From the NCBI GenBank assembly GCA_963715985.1, contig CAVQSP010000011.1, forward strand, positions 384,001 to 448,000: a DNA stretch of 64,000 nucleotides, given 5' to 3'. Shown here one piece after another: positions 25,264 through 40,018 of this stretch. Source of the DNA: an uncultured Thermoleophilia bacterium. Lineage in GTDB: Bacteria > Actinomycetota > Thermoleophilia > UBA2241. The notes under the pieces are model-generated. The model was not told the DNA's origin and did no database searches. It saw only the letters and a program-made list of their open reading frames with translations. The position numbers and the translations under genes are program-made. How positions within the stretch are numbered: position 1 is the first letter of the stretch; each line of letters starts with the position of its first letter.

Positions 25264-26120
25264 CCAAGCACCCGTGCCTCGCGCTCGACCACGTGACCGT
25301 GGCATACCGTGGGCGCGCCGTGCTCGACGATGTCACCATGGATGTGCCGCACGGCGGCCAGGTGGCTGTGGTCGGGCCCAACGGCGCCGGCAAGTCCACG
25401 CTCTTCAAGGCCTTGGTCGGCCTGCTCCCCCTGCGCAGCGGGCGCATCGAACTGCGCGACCATGACCCGGATGCGCGCGCCGAACCCATCGCCTACGTGC
25501 CACAGCGCGAGGAGATCGACTGGAGCTTCCCCGTGACCGTGGCCGACGTCGTGATGATGGGTCGCTACGGGCGCCTGGGGTGGCTGCGGCGGCCGCGCGC
25601 CGCCGACCGTGATGTAGTGGCGCGCTGCCTCGAGGAGCTCTCCATCGCCGATCTGGCGACGCGCGCCGTCGGCGAACTCTCGGGCGGCCAGCAGCAGCGC
25701 GTGTTCCTGGCCCGGGCTCTGGCGCAGGAGCCTCACGTGCTCCTGCTCGACGAGCCGTTCACCGGCGTCGACGTGAACGCCAAGGAAGCCCTGCTCGAGC
25801 TGCTGGAGCGCCTGCAGCGGCTCGGCATCACCGTGCTCGTCAGCACGCACGACATGCAGACGGCCTCGCAGCGCTTCGCCCACGTGGCGCTGCTGAACGG
25901 GCGGCTGATCGCCTACGGCCCGCCGCCCGAGGTGTTCACGGCGCAGCACATCAGCGAGGCCTTCGGCGGTCACGCCCTCTTCCTCGACGACATGGTCGTC
26001 ATCGACGAGTGCTGCCCGGAGCCGCTCGTCGAAGGCCGGCGCGACCACCCGGGTCACGCACACGCGGCGCCGGAGCGCGGATCCGGCGACGCCGGTCCGC
26101 GTGGCGAGGTGAGGCCGTGA
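25260..26120 (+). CDS. znuC: Metal ABC transporter ATPase
   Basis: GPNGAGKST, LSGGQQQR and LLDEP motifs; His/Cys-rich tail. Confidence 0.85.
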   Translation: MTKHPCLALDHVTVAYRGRAVLDDVTMDVPHGGQVAVVGPNGAGKSTLFKALVGLLPLRSGRIELRDHDPDARAEPIAYVPQREEIDWSFPVTVADVVMMGRYGRLGWLRRPRAADRDVVARCLEELSIADLATRAVGELSGGQQQRVFLARALAQEPHVLLLDEPFTGVDVNAKEALLELLERLQRLGITVLVSTHDMQTASQRFAHVALLNGRLIAYGPPPEVFTAQHISEAFGGHALFLDDMVVIDECCPEPLVEGRRDHPGHAHAAPERGSGDAGPRGEVRP

Positions 26121-26968
26121 TCCACTGGCTCACCGAGCCGTTCACCCTCGAGTTCATGCAGCGCGCCCTGGCGGCGTCACTCATCGTCGGCGTGGTCTGC
26201 TCCGTGCTGGGCTGCTTCGTCGTGCTGCGCGCCATGGCCTTTCTCGGCGACGCCCTGGCGCACGCCATCCTCCCCGGCGTGGCCGTGGCCTACCTGCTGG
26301 GCGCCAACCTGCTCGCCGGCGCCCTGGTCGCCGCCCTGCTGGTCGCGGCGTTCATCGGCCTGTTCTCGCACCGCGGGGCCGTGAAGGAGGACACCGCCAT
26401 CGGCATCCTCTTCGCCGCCGCCCTGGCGCTGGGCGTGGTGCTCATCAGCACGGTGAGGTCCTACGCCACCGACCTCACGCACATCCTGTTCGGCAACGTG
26501 CTCGGGGTGAGCGCCGGCGACCTGTGGCTGACCGGCGTGCTGGCGGCGGGCGTGCTGGCCACCGTGCTCCTCCTCTACAAGGAGCTGCTCCTGGCCTCGT
26601 TCGACCCCGTGCTCGCGCACACCCTGGGGCGGCGTCCAGAGCTGCTGCGGTACGTCATGCTCTTCCTGCTGGCGCTGACGGTGGTGGTCAGCCTGCAGAC
26701 CGTGGGCGTGGGCCTCGTGGCCGCCATGCTGGTCACCCCGGCGGCCACGGCGTACCTGCTCACGCGCCGCCTCGCGAGCATGATGGCGGTGGCCGCCGCC
26801 ATCGGCGCCGCCTGCAGCGTTGCCGGCCTGTACCTCAGCTACTACCTCAACGTGGCCTCGGGGGCCGCCGTCGTGCTCGTCGCCACGGCCCTCTTTCTGG
26901 TGGCCTTCATCGCGGCGCCGCGGCGCGGCCTCGTGGCCCGGCGCGTCGCCGCGCGGAGGGCCGTGTAG
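26117..26968 (+). CDS. znuB: Metal ABC transporter permease
   Basis: FMQRAL, GDALAHAILPGVA and LFGNVLGV motifs. Confidence 0.85.
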   Translation: MIHWLTEPFTLEFMQRALAASLIVGVVCSVLGCFVVLRAMAFLGDALAHAILPGVAVAYLLGANLLAGALVAALLVAAFIGLFSHRGAVKEDTAIGILFAAALALGVVLISTVRSYATDLTHILFGNVLGVSAGDLWLTGVLAAGVLATVLLLYKELLLASFDPVLAHTLGRRPELLRYVMLFLLALTVVVSLQTVGVGLVAAMLVTPAATAYLLTRRLASMMAVAAAIGAACSVAGLYLSYYLNVASGAAVVLVATALFLVAFIAAPRRGLVARRVAARRAV

Positions 26969-27036
26969 CCGCGCCGTCCGTTTTGGCGCTCGCCGCGGCG
27001 AGCATAGTGAGCCCAGTGACCGACCAAGGAGGAGAC

Positions 27037-27504
27037 ATGCCCGCGACGTTCGTACTCGGCTACGACGGTTCGGAGTGCTCGAAGGCGGCCCTGGACCGCA
27101 CCGCCGAGCTGGCCGGCCAGATGCCCGGCGCCACGGTGGTCGTGGTGTACGCCTACGAGTTCTCCATCGGCTACGTGCCGACCGGCATGGCCGACTCCCC
27201 TCTCCTCATGTCGGCGGAGTTCGACGACCACGCCGAGCTCGTGCGCGGCTACGCCGACGGCCAGGTCAAGGAGGCGTCCGAGCGGCTCGCCGCGGCCGGC
27301 GTGCACGTGGAGACGGTGGTCGAAGAGGGGCGCCCGGTGGAGGTCCTGCTGCAGGTGGCCAAGGACCGCGACGCCGCAGCACTGGTCGTCGGCAGCCACG
27401 GCGAGGGCGCGATGTCCGCCGCCTTCATGGGCTCCACCGCACTCAAGCTGCTGCACCACAGTACGCTGCCGGTGCTCGTGGTACCGCGGCACGGCAAGAA
27501 GTGA
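27037..27504 (+). CDS. Universal stress protein
   Basis: GYDGSECS, VVGSHG, GSTALKLLH and PVLVVP motifs; AAGGAGGAG RBS. Confidence 0.88.
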   Translation: MPATFVLGYDGSECSKAALDRTAELAGQMPGATVVVVYAYEFSIGYVPTGMADSPLLMSAEFDDHAELVRGYADGQVKEASERLAAAGVHVETVVEEGRPVEVLLQVAKDRDAAALVVGSHGEGAMSAAFMGSTALKLLHHSTLPVLVVPRHGKK

Positions 27505-27514
27505 GGCCGCGGCG

Positions 27515-27910
27515 ATGAGCCCCGAGACCAAGGGCGGCGGCACGTGGCGAAAGCCCCGCACGGACCTCGTCGAGCTTCTCGACGAGGTCATCCCCAAGGG
27601 TGAGGCCCCCGTGGAGTTCAAGCCCATGTTCGGGGGCCCCTGCTACTGGACCGGCGGCAACATGTTCGCCGCCGTCCACCAGGAGAGCATCCTCGTGAGG
27701 CTGGAGGAGAACGACCGCGCCGAGCTGCTGGCGCAGCCCGGCGCGCACCTCTTCGAGCCCATGGAGGGCCGGCCGATGCGCGAGTACGTGGTCTTCCCCG
27801 AAGCGATGCTGAGCGACCGTGCCGCCCTCACGGCCTGGCTGGCCAAAGGCCTCGCTTACGCGGCGTCCCTGCCGCCCAAGGAGAAGAAGCCGCGCAAGAA
27901 GAAGGCGTAG
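27515..27910 (+). CDS. TfoX/Sxy N-terminal family protein
   Basis: KPMFGG..GNMFA and FEPMEGRPMREYV motifs. Confidence 0.8.
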   Translation: MSPETKGGGTWRKPRTDLVELLDEVIPKGEAPVEFKPMFGGPCYWTGGNMFAAVHQESILVRLEENDRAELLAQPGAHLFEPMEGRPMREYVVFPEAMLSDRAALTAWLAKGLAYAASLPPKEKKPRKKKA

Positions 27911-27962
27911 GCGGCGGCGCGCCGCGACGCCCTCGCCGCCGCGCACCGCACAGGAGGAGCCC

Positions 27963-28730
27963 ATGGGTCAACTGATCGCGCAGGAGCTCGCCAAGATGGA
28001 GAACCTGCTGGACGGCGAGCTGCACGAGGTCGCCCTCGCCCGCGCCCTGGAACACCTCGGCGCCCCCGGGTTCCCGCGCAAGCTGCTCCCCGAGCTGCAG
28101 CTGTACGGCGACCACTTCCCCACCGCCGAGCGCCTGCAGATCACGTCGCGCCAGCGCGCCCTGCACTTCCTCTGGGACGCCTTCGACAAGCTGCCCCTCG
28201 GGGTGGTGGCGGACTTCGCCATCCCGTTCCGCCGGCTCATCGCCGAGCGCCTGTTCAAGCGCTGCGGCGCCGGCTTCGTCGCCGAGGAGGGGGTGCGCTT
28301 CAACTTCCCCCAGCTCCTCGATGTCGGCGACGACGTCTTCCTCGATCGCGGGTGTTACATGGACACCAAGGGCGGCGTGAGCATCGGCGACGCCGTGTGT
28401 CTCTCCGAGTGGGTCAAGATCTTCAGCCACACTCACAGTGAGGCCGCCCACAAGGAGCGCACCTATGCTCCCGTAGCCCTCGAGCGGTACGTCAAGGTGT
28501 ACAGCGACGCGATGATCATGCCGGGCGTGACGGTGGGCGCCGAGGCCATCGTCGCGGCACGCAGCCTGGTGGACCGCGATGTGGAGCCGGGCATGGTGGT
28601 GGCCGGCATCCCGGCGCAGCCGGTGCGGGGCCGGGCGTCAGAGGGCCGCCACGGCGCCGAGCTCGACCACGTCTGGTTCGCCGGAGGGGCGTTCCAGGAG
28701 GGCCGGGCGGCGGAGCGGCCGCCGGCCTGA
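27963..28730 (+). CDS. Hexapeptide-repeat acyltransferase
   Basis: Left-handed beta-helix repeats; IMPGVTVG and VVAGIPA motifs. Confidence 0.8.
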   Translation: MGQLIAQELAKMENLLDGELHEVALARALEHLGAPGFPRKLLPELQLYGDHFPTAERLQITSRQRALHFLWDAFDKLPLGVVADFAIPFRRLIAERLFKRCGAGFVAEEGVRFNFPQLLDVGDDVFLDRGCYMDTKGGVSIGDAVCLSEWVKIFSHTHSEAAHKERTYAPVALERYVKVYSDAMIMPGVTVGAEAIVAARSLVDRDVEPGMVVAGIPAQPVRGRASEGRHGAELDHVWFAGGAFQEGRAAERPPA

Positions 28731-28762
28731 CGGGCGGCCGCAGCGGGAGGCCGGCCGCGCCC

Positions 28763-29683
28763 TCAGCTGCGCCGCGCGGGCTGTCCCGGCGTCGGGTTAG
28801 GCTGCGCAGGCTTGACCGGCACAGGCGTGACGCCGGCCAGGTCGCCGATGATGTTCACGAGCTGGCCGTCCGCCGGCACGATGATCTTGGCGTTCTGCCA
28901 GAAGGCCTTCTCCACCGTCTCCAGCTTGCGCAGCACCTGGGCGTTGCCGATGAAGTACAGCTCCGCGGCTTCGTTGACCAGTTTGATGGCCTGCGCCTCG
29001 CCCTCCGCGGCCAGGATCTTGGCCTGCCTGATGCCCTCCGCCTTCTTGATCTCGGCGCGCCGCTGGCCGTCCGCCTGCGTCTCGGTGGCGGTCGCGAAGT
29101 CCACGGCGGCGATCTTCTCGTTCTCCGCCTTGACCACCTTGTTCATGGTCTCCTGCACGTCCTGCGGCGGGTCGATCTCCTTGAGCTCGGTGCGCAGGAT
29201 CTCGATGCCCCAGCTGGCCGTCTCGGTCTTGAGGGTGGTACGCAGCTCCTCGTTGATGCGCCCGCGCTCGCTGTTGGCGGACTTGAGCGTCAGCGTGCCG
29301 ATGATGTTGCGGAGCGTGGTGCGCGCCAGATTGACGATCTGGTTCTCGTAGTTCGTGACGTTGTACTGCGAGGCTTTGACGTCCTCCTCAGTGGCCTTGA
29401 CCTTGAGGTACACCTGCGCGTCGACCTTGGCGTTCAGGTTGTCGTTGGTGATGATGGTCTGCGGCTGGGCCTCCACGAGGACCTCACGCACGTCGACCTG
29501 GAACAGCCTCTCGATGAACGGGATGATGATGTGGAACCCCGGATCGCAGTAGCGGTTGTACTTGCCGAGACGCTCCACGAGGCCACGGTGCGTGGGGCGG
29601 ATGATGCGGATGCCCATGAGCACGCAGCGACCAGCAGCGACGACCATGATGACGACGATGATGCCGAGCAGTACGTAACCCAT
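28763..29683 (-). CDS. SPFH/band 7 (stomatin-like) protein
   Basis: N-terminal TM helix; VERLGKY, ITNDN and TTLRNIIG motifs; AE-rich coiled coil. Confidence 0.9.
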   Translation of the reverse strand: MGYVLLGIIVVIMVVAAGRCVLMGIRIIRPTHRGLVERLGKYNRYCDPGFHIIIPFIERLFQVDVREVLVEAQPQTIITNDNLNAKVDAQVYLKVKATEEDVKASQYNVTNYENQIVNLARTTLRNIIGTLTLKSANSERGRINEELRTTLKTETASWGIEILRTELKEIDPPQDVQETMNKVVKAENEKIAAVDFATATETQADGQRRAEIKKAEGIRQAKILAAEGEAQAIKLVNEAAELYFIGNAQVLRKLETVEKAFWQNAKIIVPADGQLVNIIGDLAGVTPVPVKPAQPNPTPGQPARRS

Positions 29684-29806
29684 ATGTCCCCCTTGCGGCG
29701 CCCGCGGCCCGCGACGGTACGCGGCGCGGAACGTCCATCTCCGTCCTCGATGGTAGGGCCGGGGCGGGCGGGTGTAAAGGAGAGCCGGGCGGCCTCGTGG
29801 GCCTGC

Positions 29807-29895
29807 TGGTGCCGGAGGCGAGGCTCGAACTCGCACGCCCCGTTGGGGGCAAGGGATTTTAAGTCCCCGGCGTCTACCAGTTCCGCCACTCCGGC
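29807..29895 (-). tRNA. tRNA-Leu(UAA)
   Basis: GCCGGAGTGGCGGAACTGGTAGACGCCGGGGACTTAAAATCCC...GTTCGAGCC...CCA; long variable arm; anticodon TAA. Confidence 0.95.
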
Positions 29896-29911
29896 ACGGC
29901 CGGAGTATACG

Positions 29912-30850
29912 TCAGGGAGGCGAGAGCGAACCCTCGGCAAGGGCCAGCGCGGCGCCCTCGAGGAGGTCCGCCTCGCTGACGCGCACGACGTCCAGGCCGA
30001 AGGCGAGGCACGCCTCCCGGGCGATCAGCGTGCCGGCGAGGATGACGTCCTCGCGGCCGGCCTGGATGCCGGGCAACCGGGCGCGCGCGGCGTTCGTCAT
30101 GCCTGAGAAGAGCGCTATCGCCGCGTCGATGTCGGCGAGCGACAGGACGTGGCCCTGCACGAGCTCGCTGCGATACTCGCGCAGCGCGAGCTTGTGGGCC
30201 ACGAGCGTCGTGTACGTGCCGGCGACGCCGACGCCGCGCCGCACCGCGGCGCGTACTTCCGCCGGCACGCCGTCGCGGATGGCGGCGCGCACCAGCTCCG
30301 TGAGCGCCGCCAGCTCGGCCGAGGCCGGCGGATCGTGCCGCACGAAGCGCTCGGTGAGCCGCACCACGCCGACGTCCAGGCTGCGGACCAGGTCCGGCGG
30401 ACCGCCGGGGACGCCGACCGCGAACTCGGTGCTGCCGCCGCCGATGTCGACCAGCACCGCCGGCCCCGCCGCCGGGTCCAGCCCGGCGGTGCCGCCGCGG
30501 AAGGACAGCGCGCCCTCTTCCTCCCCGCTGACCACGCGTGACGGCAGGGCGAAGTCGCGCAGCACGTCACTGAGGAAGGCGCCGCCGTCCTCGGCGTCAC
30601 GAAGCACGCTGGTGGCGACCAGCAGGCGGCGCTCCGGGCCGTACGCTTCGAGCTGCGGCGCATAGCCGGCAAGGCAGTCCCGCGTGCGTCGCACGGCGGC
30701 CTCGTCGAGCCGCCCGGCGCGGTCCACCCCCTGGCCGAGCCGGACCACCGTGACCAGGCGGGCGGTCACGTGCACCGCGCCCGCCTCATCGACCTCCGCC
30801 AGAAACAGGCGGCACGTGTTGGTGCCCAGGTCGACGATCGCGACTCTCAC
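29912..30850 (-). CDS. ppx: Ppx/GppA exopolyphosphatase
   Basis: VDLGTNT, VRLGQGVD, EEEG, DIGGGSTE and GREDVI motifs. Confidence 0.9.
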   Translation of the reverse strand: MRVAIVDLGTNTCRLFLAEVDEAGAVHVTARLVTVVRLGQGVDRAGRLDEAAVRRTRDCLAGYAPQLEAYGPERRLLVATSVLRDAEDGGAFLSDVLRDFALPSRVVSGEEEGALSFRGGTAGLDPAAGPAVLVDIGGGSTEFAVGVPGGPPDLVRSLDVGVVRLTERFVRHDPPASAELAALTELVRAAIRDGVPAEVRAAVRRGVGVAGTYTTLVAHKLALREYRSELVQGHVLSLADIDAAIALFSGMTNAARARLPGIQAGREDVILAGTLIAREACLAFGLDVVRVSEADLLEGAALALAEGSLSPP

Positions 30851-31407
30851 GAGCCTGCCTCACGTGCGAACGCCGCGCAGCGCCGGTCCTCGCACCACGG
30901 CCGTTCGACTTCAGCCGCCACGGCGCACCCGAACGCGTAGGCGGGGTGCGCGAGCGCGTGTGCCACGTGTGCGTGCAGGCACTTGACGGCGCGCGCGTCG
31001 CGCACCCCGGCGACGCCGGTGGCCAGGGAGGCGCCGTCGTCCTCCATGGCGCCTCCGGCGCGCTCCGCCAGCAGCCGGCGGCGGCGGCGCGACACCGCCG
31101 CGGCCTCCACCAGCGAGCGCCGCACGTCCGGCTCGGCGGCGGCGCGCCCGGTCCACCGCCGCACGCCGCCCTCACTCTCGACGTGCGATACCGCGGCGAC
31201 GTATGTGGGGCAGGTCAGATAGAACAGGGTCGGGAAGGGTCTGCCGCGCTCGTCGTACGGCAGGTCTTCCACGGCGGCCGGGAAGCCGAACGGGCACCGC
31301 GCCACCACCCGGCTCATCGGATGCGGGCGGCGGCCCAGCTGGCCGGCGATCACGAGGAGGTCGGTCTCGCCGACGCCGGCTCGCGGGAGGCGCTGCCCGG
31401 GCGTCAC
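30847..31407 (-). CDS. DUF501 family protein
   Basis: QLGR, RCPFG, PFPTLFYLTCP and VKCLHAH motifs; conserved eno-divIC-DUF501-ppx order. Confidence 0.9.
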   Translation of the reverse strand: MTPGQRLPRAGVGETDLLVIAGQLGRRPHPMSRVVARCPFGFPAAVEDLPYDERGRPFPTLFYLTCPTYVAAVSHVESEGGVRRWTGRAAAEPDVRRSLVEAAAVSRRRRRLLAERAGGAMEDDGASLATGVAGVRDARAVKCLHAHVAHALAHPAYAFGCAVAAEVERPWCEDRRCAAFAREAGS

Positions 31408-31414
31408 GGGCGCG

Positions 31415-31918
31415 TCAGCGCAGCAGGGTGCGCCAGAGGTCGTCGAGGCGGTCGAACACCGAGATGGACCCTGCCGAGGCAGTCTCGACCGGCTTGACCT
31501 CGCGCTCCTCGCCGGCGCCGGGCAGACCCTTGATCACGAACACCTGCGTGTCGGGGGGCACGAGCATGGAGTCTGCGCGCGCCACCTGCGCCACATAGTC
31601 CTTTGTGCTCAACAGCTCGACCTGGAGCTTGTAGGCCTCGTTCTCGGTGCGCGCAGCGGCGAGAGCCTGTGACTCGTGCTCGAAGCGGTCCTGCTGCCCG
31701 AAGAAGGCACGCAGCGGCGACACGTAGAAGGAGGCCCCGATGAGCACCAGGACGAGGAAGGCGATGCGCCCCAGGTGCAGACGAGGCGCGGACCCTCCGG
31801 ACGTGGGGCTCCCGCGGTGCGCGGCGTGGCGCCCACCCCTCGGGCGACGGCCGACGGTGCGTCCGGCGGTACGCTCGGCCGAGGCTCCGTCTGCCCGCGC
31901 TGTCACAGCATCCGCCAC
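31415..31918 (-). CDS. Septum formation initiator DivIC/FtsB family
   Basis: TM helix plus coiled coil, YVAQVAR motif; syntenic position. Confidence 0.75.
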   Translation of the reverse strand: MADAVTARADGASAERTAGRTVGRRPRGGRHAAHRGSPTSGGSAPRLHLGRIAFLVLVLIGASFYVSPLRAFFGQQDRFEHESQALAAARTENEAYKLQVELLSTKDYVAQVARADSMLVPPDTQVFVIKGLPGAGEEREVKPVETASAGSISVFDRLDDLWRTLLR

Positions 31919-32085
31919 TCAGTCTCCCGTCGACCCGGTCTCGGTCGCCGTACGTGCGGCGGCCAGTCTCATCCCTAGGGATTCGCGCCGCAGCCCGCGG
32001 CTCCTTGCGGCGCGCCGTACGCGACGCGGCGGGCGGCGGCCGGGAGATATCCCGGCCGCCGCCCGCCGGCTGTGCATCGAACGAG

Positions 32086-32865
32086 CTACTTGAGCTGCTG
32101 GAGGCTCGCGTCTGCCTGCTTGCCGATCTCCGAGCCGGGATCGATGGAGACGGCCTTGGTGTAGGCCGCCTTGGCGGCCACAGTCTGCGCTTTGGCCGTC
32201 TTGGTGTCGCCGCCCTGCTCCGCGATGCGGGCCTCGTGTGCCAGGTAGTTGCCCAGGTTGAAGTAGGCCGCCTGGTAGTCCGGGAACGCCTTGATGACGG
32301 CGTTGATCTGCTTGACGGCAGCGTCGATGTTGCCCGAGTAGAAGAGCGAAGTGGCGAAGTCCGTGCCCACGCCGGGGTCGGTCTTCTTCTTCTGCCACGC
32401 CGCGGCGTACGTCATGGCCGCGGCCTGGAAGTAGTTGCCCCCGCCCGCGAAGTCCTGGTTCTGGAAGGCCGCGTCACCCTTGTCGTAGAGCTCGTTGCCC
32501 TTCTGGACGAGCTCCTCGTAGGTGCCGGTCGTGACGCCCTGGACCGGGGCGGCCGAGCCGTTGCCGGCGGCGCTCGATCCGTCACCGGAGCCGCCGAAGC
32601 CGCCCGACACCATGACCACGACCACGATGACGACCACGGCAAGCACGCCGAAGCCGCCCCAGATGACGGCCGGGGAGAGGCCCTTGCCGCCCGGCTGCGC
32701 CGCGGCCGCCGGCTGCGCGTCGGCTGCGCCGCCCTGGCGACTCTTGCCGCCCTGCTGGCCGGTGGTCTTGCCCTTCAGGGCGTCCTGCACACCACTCAGG
32801 TTGGCGCCGCATTCGGGGCAGAACTTGGCCTCGCCGGCGTCGTTGCCGCACTCAGGACAGTACAT
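32086..32865 (-). CDS. Zinc-ribbon / TM / TPR protein
   Basis: MYCPECG..FCPECG, one TM helix, TPR-like repeats (AYFNLGNYL, YTKAVSIDP). Confidence 0.8.
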   Translation of the reverse strand: MYCPECGNDAGEAKFCPECGANLSGVQDALKGKTTGQQGGKSRQGGAADAQPAAAAQPGGKGLSPAVIWGGFGVLAVVVIVVVVMVSGGFGGSGDGSSAAGNGSAAPVQGVTTGTYEELVQKGNELYDKGDAAFQNQDFAGGGNYFQAAAMTYAAAWQKKKTDPGVGTDFATSLFYSGNIDAAVKQINAVIKAFPDYQAAYFNLGNYLAHEARIAEQGGDTKTAKAQTVAAKAAYTKAVSIDPGSEIGKQADASLQQLK

Positions 32866-32994
32866 AGTCGCGTATCCTCCGCGTCGTGATCTCGTGAGGC
32901 GCGAGGGCGCGGCGCTCGCCGCAGGCCCCGCCCGACGCAAAAGGCGCGCCCGGCTGTGCAGCCGCTCGCGCCCTCCGCGTCTCGTGCAGGTATT

Positions 32995-35439
<2,445 letters not shown>

Positions 35440-35453
35440 TCAGACGGGCAGGG

Positions 35454-36490
35454 TCACTGCGCCGGCGACGGGCTGGCCGAAGCCGAGGCCGCAGGGCTCG
35501 GCGAAGCGGTGAGAGTCGCCGGGTCGAAGCCCGCGGCATAGGCGATGCCCGCGGCCTTCGTGGCGTCCTTGAGCCACGTGTCCCACGACTTGGTCTGAAG
35601 CTGATACTTGAGCGTCTGCTCGATGGTGCTCTTGGCCTCTTCGATGGTCTGCTGCTTGCCGGGGAGCTTCTCGGTGACCTCGATGACGTGCCAGCCGTAC
35701 TGCGTCTTGACGGGGTCGGAGACCGTGTCCACGGGGAGCTTGAAGGCGGCGTTGGCGAACGGCGCCACCATGCGCGACTTGTCGAACGTGCCCAGATCGC
35801 CGCCGTTGCCCTTGGAGCCGGGGTCGGTGGAGTACTGCTTGGCCACGGCCTTCCAGTTGGCGTCGGTGTTGTCGGCCTCGAGGAGCGCCTTGACCTTCTC
35901 GGCCTCGGCCTTTGTCTTGACGAGGATGTGCCGCGCGGCGACCTGGTCCGGCACGTTGAACTGCGAGGCGTTGTTGGGGTCGTTGAAGTAGGCCTTGATC
36001 TGCGCGTCGGTGACCTTGACGCTCTCGCCGACCTTGGCCTTGACCTTCTCCTGCAGCATCTGGTCCTTGAGCTGGGTCTTGAGCTGGTCCACGGTGACGC
36101 CCTGCTGCTTGAGCAGCTTGTCCAGCTTCTTCTGGCCGCCGACCTGCTTGGTGATCTGGGTGATGCGGTCGGCGAGCTCCTTCTCCGTGACCGAGACCTT
36201 CATCTTGGCGGCTTCCTGCGCGATCAGCGCGTTCTGCACCAGGTATGTGACGATGCTCGACTTGAGCTGGTCGTATTCCGCCGACCCCTCCTTGGGGAAC
36301 TCGGGAGCGCCCTGAGTGGCTGCGTACTGGGCCTTGGCCTGCGCCCAGATGTCATCGAACTGCTGCTGCGTAACGGTCTGGTCGCCCACCACAGCGATGG
36401 CTCCTGTCGGAACGCTAGTGCCGCCGCACGCACCGACCAGGACGGCAGACGCGAACAGGCCGAGCAGGACCGCGGCCATGATGATTCTCT

Positions 36491-36494
<4 letters not shown>
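35454..36494 (-). CDS. PrsA-like parvulin peptidyl-prolyl isomerase lipoprotein
   Basis: Lipobox VGAC; ARHILV, GGDLG and YGWHVI motifs. Confidence 0.88.
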
Positions 36495-39881
<3,387 letters not shown>

Positions 39882-40018
39882 GCGAGGTCCTTTCGCGCAC
39901 GCCGAAAGCCCCGTTCGCCTGGTCTTCGACATCCGAGTCGATGCCCAAGCTCGTTGGCGACGGGGCGACCGCCGGAGATTCTACCCGAACGCGAGCGACG
40001 CGTGCCGCCGCGGGGGCG

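Noticed and set aside
29700-29900. Integrated element at tRNA-Leu or tRNA-Gln
   Set aside because: No integrase and no duplicated tRNA 3' end seen in the window.
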